Below are positions 63,740 to 64,000 of a stretch of DNA of 64,000 bases, piece after piece. The DNA comes from Desulfomonilia bacterium (GTDB lineage: Bacteria > Desulfobacterota > Desulfomonilia > UBA1062). The position numbers and the translations under genes were made by a program. Where the stretch lies: contig JBEKDT010000018.1 of the NCBI GenBank assembly GCA_050014195.1, positions 31,686-95,685 on the forward strand, in the 5' to 3' direction. Below the pieces are notes generated by a model, which searched no databases, had not been told where the DNA came from, and worked only from the letters and a program-made list of their open reading frames with translations. The stretch's first letter is position 1. Each line of letters starts with the position of its first letter.

Positions 63740-64000
63740 TGCATAAGTTTCAACCCCAGATCATCAGTTTTCAGAGATTTCAAAACCGATATGAAAATGA
63801 ACTTTTTCAACAATCTCCGCAGTTATATTCAGTCTGGCTTGAGCTTCAATTCCTTATGGTAATATGCAGTCTCATGCCTGTTGGCTTGTGATGATTATCA
63901 AAAGAGATATTTAATAGTGGCTAATCCCACATCCTGGAACGAAATATTTATTTTTACCAGCAGTTATTGATATCTTTGCTAGAAGAAACATTACCTTTCA

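Overview
A gene-dense 64 kb chromosomal window, probably from an anaerobic Desulfobacterota/Syntrophales-like deltaproteobacterium (inferred from gene content such as remA, sigma-54 systems, an Isf-type flavoprotein and DUF4416). Housekeeping genes include miaB, ftsY, a heptose kinase, yicC-remA-gmk-pyrF, rsmD-coaD-aminotransferase, ftsH, typA, ettA and a DEAD-box helicase. No rRNA, tRNA, CRISPR array or transposase/integrase gene was seen. Main highlights: (1) an integrase-less integron cassette array (CALIN, about 50.5-53.3 kb) with two clear attC sites and one 5'-degenerate one, carrying an HD-domain cassette, a Zn-ribbon/HEPN-like cassette and a vapBC pair whose toxin is internally deleted; the first two are candidate anti-phage genes. 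(2) A non-canonical kdp locus: an NtrC-type sigma-54 activator, a separate HAMP/PAS kinase, a kinase-less KdpD(N)-Usp-PTS-EIIA fusion, an extra 31-aa membrane peptide and kdpFABC, with a readable -24/-12 promoter and tandem enhancer-like sites. (3) A shared palindromic operator linking a MerR-family gene to two FabK/nitronate-monooxygenase paralogs. (4) A translationally coupled hydantoinase-A/HDAC/patatin operon with a structured leader. (5) Several families of small intergenic repeats and MITE-like elements. All functional calls come from motif reading; no database searches were run.
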